Shown in pieces: positions 59,303 to 64,000 of a stretch of DNA of 64,000 nucleotides; within the stretch, counting starts at the first letter, position 1, and each line of letters opens with the position of its first letter. Both the position numbers and the translations under genes were made by a program. The stretch is from an uncultured Planctomycetota bacterium (GTDB taxonomy: Bacteria > Planctomycetota > Planctomycetia > Isosphaerales > Isosphaeraceae). The stretch lies in assembly GCA_963823665.1 (NCBI GenBank), contig CAWGMQ010000008.1, positions 2,120,493 to 2,184,492 on the forward strand, written 5' to 3'. The notes beneath the pieces were generated by a model. The model worked only from the letters and a program-made list of their open reading frames with translations. It was not told where the DNA came from and ran no database searches.

Positions 59303-62038
59303 TCAGCGGATCGTGACAAAGTCGTTGTGATTGAAGAGCACGTGGACCAGGTTCTCCCGAGCTCGCTCCGCTGCTTCGCCTGAGGGAGCGACTAGGGTGG
59401 CGGGACCGCTTGAGAACGGTACGAGCCCCGAAGGATGGGCGAGCTGCTCGGTCGTTTCACGCAGATAGGCTTCACATGCGGTCGTTTCGTCGTTCGTCGG
59501 TGATCGGCCCAGCACCCGCTCAAACGCCGCAACCACAAACGCGGTGTTGTGCGATTGGTCCGATCGGCAGGCAATCCCACGTTCCAGCACCGCAGCCAGC
59601 AGCCGCGCCTGCTCCAGGCAGAGCGAGCTGTTCGCAAGCGCCAGCGCCTGCTGCGGCATCACGCTGTCGCTTCGGCGGTAACATGAAAGAACGTTCGGCG
59701 AATCGAACAGCCGCAGAAACATCACTCGCTTTTCCTTGGCGTGGCGAAAATACAAGCTCCGGCGCAGGGATTTCAAACCCATCTCCGGATCCAGATCGGG
59801 GCCGCCCAGTCGCTCTTCGAGATTGCCCGCAACCTGCAAGAGATTGTCGCGCACGAGCTCCGCTTCCATGCGCTTCGGGTTCATCCTCCAGTAAAACACA
59901 TTGGCCGGATCGCGGATGAGATTCGGATCGCCCGGGCCCGAGCCGGATGATTCCATACGATAACACGCGCTGGTGACAATCAACCGGTGAATCGGCTTCA
60001 TCCGCCACCCGTCGGCTTGAAGCTCGATCGCCAGCCAGTCGAGTACTGCCGGAATTGTCGGCGGCTTTCCATTCCGGCCGAAATCGAAGACTGTCGAAAC
60101 CAGCGGCGCATTGAAGTGGTGCATCCACATCTGGTTGATGGCCACCCGCGCTGTCAGCGGGTTATCAGGATGTGTAATCCAGCGCGCCAGCGCACGCCGC
60201 CGGCCCGTACTGCTCGCCGGGTAGACGGGCGTAAGCGAGGCGTAGTCGGCGCCATCTTCTCTGACGACTTTCTGCGCGGCAGCGACCGCCTCGCGAGCTT
60301 TCTTCAGTGACGTCGCGGTGTCGGCCGGCGGCGATTTCGATTTGCCGGACGGTTGCGCCGCGCTCCTGCCCTCGAGATCGGCGATCTCGGCCTTGAGCAG
60401 CGCTTCCTCGGCCTGGAAAAGTGCGCATTTCCGATCGAGCCGCGCGGCAACCCGCACGAGCGCGGCCGCATCGGCACGAGGCGGCGATGAATAACGAGCG
60501 AGGTCAGCGGCCAATCTGGCGTCGAGCGCAGCTCGAAAAGCTTGCGCCACCTTCAAGCTCTTCTTCGCAAGCGCGACGGCGTGCGCAGCCTTCTCCGTAG
60601 CGGCCGCATCGCGAGCATCGACGAGTACACGTTCGGCACTGGCAAGGGCCGTGTTCCCAGCGGCGATCGCGTCTTCGGCTCGCGCGTTCGCCAGCGCGCG
60701 AACGAATGCTTTCATGCCTGAATAAAAGGCTTCAGGCGGCAGCGACACCGGCTTGATCGCCTCGAGACCAGTCTGCTTGCCCAGGAATCCGGGCACCGAC
60801 GGTACGAGCGGCTTGGACTTGATCGGTCGTTTCTCGTCGCCCCGCTCGAATACAAAGGTGGGCGCACTGGCCTGCGCGTCAAACACCCTCACTAGGCCGG
60901 CCTTCGTGAGATCCGGCTCGCCCGGCACGGGGTCAGTCCGCACCGTGTAAGGCTCGAAGAAAGCACGGAAGGCATAATAGTCGGTCTGGGAAATCGGGTC
61001 GTACTTATGATCGTGGCATTTCGCGCAATTGAGCGTGAGTCCCAGGAACGCTTTGGCGGTATGCTCGACCGTATCTTCCAGCCAGACGTTGCGATTGAAT
61101 TTGTACCAGTTGCGTGCCAGGAATCCGGTCGCTCGCAGCGATGCCGTGTCACACGGGTCCGTCTCGTCAGCGGCGAGCATCGACACGATCATCTGATCGT
61201 ACGGTACGTCGCGATTGAGCGACTCCACGATCCAGTCGCGCCATCGCCAGATGTGCGGCTGGCTTTCTCGAATCTCCGCGCCGAAGCCATCCCAGTCGCT
61301 GTAGCGCCACACGTCCATCCAGTGCCGCCCCCAGCGTTCGCCGTACTCCGGGCTTGCGAGGAGCCGATCGACCAGTGCTTCGTACGCTCGATCGCTCGGA
61401 TCAGCCACGAAGGCACGAACCAACTCCGGGCTCGGTACTAGTCCTGTCAGATCCAGGCAGACCCGGCGAACCAGTGTGGCCGGATCGGCAGCGGGTCGTG
61501 GCTTGAGCCCGTGCTCGTGATGTTCTACCGCCAGCAGCGCGTCAATCGGGTTGCGGACCCATCCAGCGCGATCACCCAGCTCGGCCGCAGATGGCACCTT
61601 GGGACGAACCGGCGGTCGAAACGACCAGTGGCGCCTGGGGTCGGGCTGCGGAACTTCGTCGGCAGGGCTCTTGGCCCCCTGGTCGATCCAGGCCTTGATG
61701 CGGCCAATCTCATCCGCTGAAAGGGGCGAGCCCTCGCTTTCCGGAGGCATGCGCCAGCCTTGTGCACCCGTGATGGCGTCGATAATCAAGCTCTCGCCGC
61801 TCGAGCCCGGCTCAACGGCCGCACCGCTATCCCCCCCTTTTTTCATTAGGGACGCCGTATCAAGCCGCAGCCCAGCGCGTTGCTGCAACGCCCCGTGACA
61901 GGCATAGCAACGTTTGCTGAGCACCGGCTTGATGTCGCGGGTGTAGTCGACCGCGCGCCGCCCCGGCTCGTCGGCGCAAAGCCAACCGGGCAAAACTCCG
62001 ACGATCACCGAGAGTAATCCCACTCGACTCGTCGTCAT
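59303..62038 (-). CDS. PSCyt1 + DUF1549 + coiled-coil + DUF1553 (PSD1) domain protein
   Basis: 'CYACH', 'HWSF', 'WMDVWRYSDW', 'CAKCHDHKYDP', an Ala-rich helical insert, 'NPLTARV' and 'NHNDFVTIR'. Confidence 0.93.
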   Translation of the reverse strand: MTTSRVGLLSVIVGVLPGWLCADEPGRRAVDYTRDIKPVLSKRCYACHGALQQRAGLRLDTASLMKKGGDSGAAVEPGSSGESLIIDAITGAQGWRMPPESEGSPLSADEIGRIKAWIDQGAKSPADEVPQPDPRRHWSFRPPVRPKVPSAAELGDRAGWVRNPIDALLAVEHHEHGLKPRPAADPATLVRRVCLDLTGLVPSPELVRAFVADPSDRAYEALVDRLLASPEYGERWGRHWMDVWRYSDWDGFGAEIRESQPHIWRWRDWIVESLNRDVPYDQMIVSMLAADETDPCDTASLRATGFLARNWYKFNRNVWLEDTVEHTAKAFLGLTLNCAKCHDHKYDPISQTDYYAFRAFFEPYTVRTDPVPGEPDLTKAGLVRVFDAQASAPTFVFERGDEKRPIKSKPLVPSVPGFLGKQTGLEAIKPVSLPPEAFYSGMKAFVRALANARAEDAIAAGNTALASAERVLVDARDAAATEKAAHAVALAKKSLKVAQAFRAALDARLAADLARYSSPPRADAAALVRVAARLDRKCALFQAEEALLKAEIADLEGRSAAQPSGKSKSPPADTATSLKKAREAVAAAQKVVREDGADYASLTPVYPASSTGRRRALARWITHPDNPLTARVAINQMWMHHFNAPLVSTVFDFGRNGKPPTIPAVLDWLAIELQADGWRMKPIHRLIVTSACYRMESSGSGPGDPNLIRDPANVFYWRMNPKRMEAELVRDNLLQVAGNLEERLGGPDLDPEMGLKSLRRSLYFRHAKEKRVMFLRLFDSPNVLSCYRRSDSVMPQQALALANSSLCLEQARLLAAVLERGIACRSDQSHNTAFVVAAFERVLGRSPTNDETTACEAYLRETTEQLAHPSGLVPFSSGPATLVAPSGEAAERARENLVHVLFNHNDFVTIR

Positions 62039-62311
62039 CGCGTGATCCAACCCCCGTGATTCCCGATCGTCCGGCGCGTCATCGACCTGCACCAGCATGA
62101 TGTTAAACAATCCTTGAAGCAGAAGCGAGCGCAGCGAGAAGACCGCCGAAGCACTTCGTTACGCTCTCGCGCCAAAGAGATCGAGCCTCGAATTCCAGAA
62201 TCTCAAGTGTTTCACAGCTCTCTCCCAGGTATAATCGGGCGAACTTGCCGGTTGACCGGCGACGCGTCGCTTCTCGACCGAGATTCGGACTTTTTCAGTC
62301 AGAGGTGTTTC

Positions 62312-62494
62312 ATGCGTAAATATGTTTGGACCGGGCTCTTCGTCGTGATCATCGTCGCCGCTGTCGGTATCGTTCACGCGCGCGGCGGCCTGATTGGCTC
62401 GCACGCGGCGCCCGGCAGTTCGTCGACGACATCGGAAAAAACTTCGACCTGCCCGTTGCAGTGCATCATGAACTTCTGCGGTCTGGGCGACTGA
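62312..62494 (+). CDS. Small secreted/membrane-anchored protein with C-terminal CPxxCxxxxC motif
   Basis: AGAGGTG RBS and TATAAT at 62230-62235. The product is MRKYVW plus a hydrophobic helix, a Ser/Thr linker and CPLQCIMNFC. Confidence 0.65.
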   Translation: MRKYVWTGLFVVIIVAAVGIVHARGGLIGSHAAPGSSSTTSEKTSTCPLQCIMNFCGLGD

Positions 62495-62516
62495 TCTCAC
62501 GCCGCACGAGCAAAAG

Positions 62517-62760
62517 CCCCGCACGTCCATTTCCCCCCCTTGCAAAGGGGGCACCCCTAACTTTCCCCCCCTTGCAATGGGGGGCCAGGGGGTGAGGGCG
62601 TCACCCGCCAGTGATCCGCTCGAAGCACCCCGCTCCAGCGAACGCCCCGCACCTCCCTTTGCCCCCCCTAACGAAGGGGGGGCCAGGCGGGGTTAACGGC
62701 GCCACCCGCTAGTGATCCGCTCGAAGCACCAAGCTCAAGCAAAAACCCCGCACTTCCCTC
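62517..62760. repeat. Cluster of C7-TT...AA-G7 REP-like hairpins within ~100-bp tandem units
   Basis: Hairpins at 62530-62551, 62562-62592 and 62658-62692. CACCCGC[C/T]AGTGATCCGCTCGAAGCACC is duplicated at ~62602 and ~62703. Confidence 0.88.
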
Positions 62761-62799
62761 TCCCCCCTCGCCCTCGGTTTGTCAGCTTGCGCCTTTTTC

Positions 62800-62820
62800 C
62801 TCTTTGCGCCTTTGCGTGAC
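62800..62820. repeat. Short CTTTGCG repeat (CTTTGCGCCTTTGCGTG)
   Basis: Tandem CTTTGCG units, with a further CTTTGCG at ~62842. It resembles a short dispersed repeat type I associate with this lineage. Confidence 0.45.
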
Positions 62821-62961
62821 CCACTCTTTCTCCCCCGACTTCTTTGCGCGGTCGCGCCCTTGGCATGAGCCACTTTTTCAAAAAGGAGGCGAGGGCCGGT
62901 AAACGGCACCACCCGCCACTGATCCGATTCGCCGCGCCGAAAATCCCCCACCCGCCCCACC

Positions 62962-63999
62962 TCACGGCCCCCGCACATCCCGCGACCCCGTCACGTTCCC
63001 CGCCGCCCTACCCGAATCCACCCCACCGTTCGCCACCCCTGGATCCACCCTCGCGGTCCGCTCCCGCTCCCGCGCCTCCGCACGCGACCGAAGCCACTCC
63101 CTCCGCCTGAGCTCCTTCCACGCCTCCCACCGCTCGTGTTCCGTCAGTGGCCGTGCTTCCGGCTTGGCCGAACCTCCACTTCCAACCACCTCCCCACCAC
63201 CCGCCGGAATTGGCTTCGTTTCCAAAGAAATTGGGTTCGTTTGACAACCGTCAAGTCCCGAAACATCGCCGGAATTCGCCGGAACTTCAATAGTTACTTC
63301 ATGTTGTGCTGTAAGCTCGTCATCACACAAATTGGCTTCGTTTTCGCATTTTTCCTCCGTTTCGGCGGCGGCGCCGCCCTCTTGGGCACCGGTGGCGGCA
63401 TGCTCGCGGTCGACCCGAGCTGACCAGTCCCCAGCGCCGTCGCCCATCCCTTCATCGCACCCAAGATCACCACCTTCCGCCAGCTCCTCCTGCGTGACTG
63501 CACCCACACGCTCCGCGTGTGTCCCGCCTTTCTCAGGATCAGAGCTCCCCGCTCCAGGACTCGGCACATCGTCCTCCACCGCAGCCGCAGGCTCGACCTC
63601 GCAGTCGCCGCCACCCGCAACGCCGATGTACCTCTCGGGCAGATACCCCCCGCACGCAAGAACGTCCGATTCCTCAACCACAACCGACTCCCACCCGCGG
63701 CGCTTTTCCTTCGAAGTAGCAGGCACACTCCGTGTGCCGTCCGCCGGAGTCTCACGGCCGCTTTCAACTGCCGCGCCCGAAGTGCCATCCGCGATTGGCC
63801 CCCCGCTCCCACACTCACCCGCATCCGCCCCACCCTCCGCCTGTTGGGCGCGGGTCTCACCATGTTGGGCGCGGGTCTCCAGACCCCGCCCTCCGCCCGA
63901 CCGCAGGTTTCCCGCCCCCGAGTCCGCGTGTTCGGGGCCAATCTCCGCCCCCGCCCCACCCTGCGTGTGTTGGGGGCGGGTCTCCAGACCCCGCCCTCC
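62962..63999 (-). CDS. C-terminal part of a long acidic, low-complexity hypothetical protein (5' end outside window)
   Basis: The frame of ORF 62962-63726 has no stop back to the window edge (GGRGLETRPQH...ADGTRSVPATSKEK...). It is Glu/Gly/Ala-rich with ENEAN/QTNPI/ETKPI motifs. Confidence 0.6.
   Translation of the reverse strand, partial: GGRGLETRPQHTQGGAGAEIGPEHADSGAGNLRSGGGRGLETRAQHGETRAQQAEGGADAGECGSGGPIADGTSGAAVESGRETPADGTRSVPATSKEKRRGWESVVVEESDVLACGGYLPERYIGVAGGGDCEVEPAAAVEDDVPSPGAGSSDPEKGGTHAERVGAVTQEELAEGGDLGCDEGMGDGAGDWSARVDREHAATGAQEGGAAAETEEKCENEANLCDDELTAQHEVTIEVPANSGDVSGLDGCQTNPISLETKPIPAGGGEVVGSGGSAKPEARPLTEHERWEAWKELRRREWLRSRAEARERERTARVDPGVANGGVDSGRAAGNVTGSRDVRGP
63208..63343. 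repeat. Three 14-bp direct repeats AATTGG[C/G]TTCGTTT
   Basis: Copies at 63208-63221, 63229-63242 and 63330-63343. Confidence 0.9.
63716..63743 (+). repeat. GTAG-family REP element
   Basis: GTAG-CA-GGCACAC-TCC-GTGTGCC, i.e. a GTAG tetranucleotide followed by a perfect 7-bp hairpin. Confidence 0.75.
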
Positions 64000-64000
64000 G
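63842..64000. repeat. REP-like hairpin family TGTTGGG[C/G]GCGGGTCTCCAGACCCCGCCCTCCG, 105-bp period
   Basis: Full copies at 63863-63895 and 63968-64000, with a partial copy at 63842-63858. Confidence 0.88.

Noticed and set aside
62517..64000. CRISPR array
   Set aside because: The repeats are few, degenerate and of several families, with ~100-bp periods and similar intervening sequence. There are no unique spacers and no cas genes.

Overview
This is a GC-rich bacterial chromosomal window that looks like Planctomycetota, probably Isosphaeraceae-like. The evidence is three DUF1501/DUF1549-DUF1553 (PSCyt) modules, an LEPR-XLL protein, a TIGR02999-type ECF sigma plus Ser/Thr kinase pair, a PVC-type CxxCH protein and a class IIa-type glyQS. 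Housekeeping genes include glyQS, purE, purK, a comB-like phosphatase, a DEAD-box helicase and a GGQ release-factor homologue. Also present are a Bat (VWA/TPR) cluster, a flippase-GT2-GT-C-like glycosylation trio and a creatininase-MFS-dehydrogenase-SDR operon. Accessory patches carry two toxin-antitoxin pairs, a decayed HNH pair, a CDF metal exporter, a large 2OG-Fe(II) oxygenase and gene remnants. About eight single-base frameshifts occur, mostly in short homopolymers, and are most likely long-read assembly errors. The most unusual signal is at DNA level. Several families of REP-like palindromes sit in-frame inside open reading frames (2.3-2.5 kb and 63.7-64 kb) as well as between genes (62.5-62.8 kb). 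A 14-bp AT-rich repeat (AATTGG[C/G]TTCGTTT) occurs three times in the last ORF and is read in two different codon phases. I found no CRISPR array, rRNA, tRNA, integrase or transposase. All family assignments come from recognising motifs by eye; no database searches were run.
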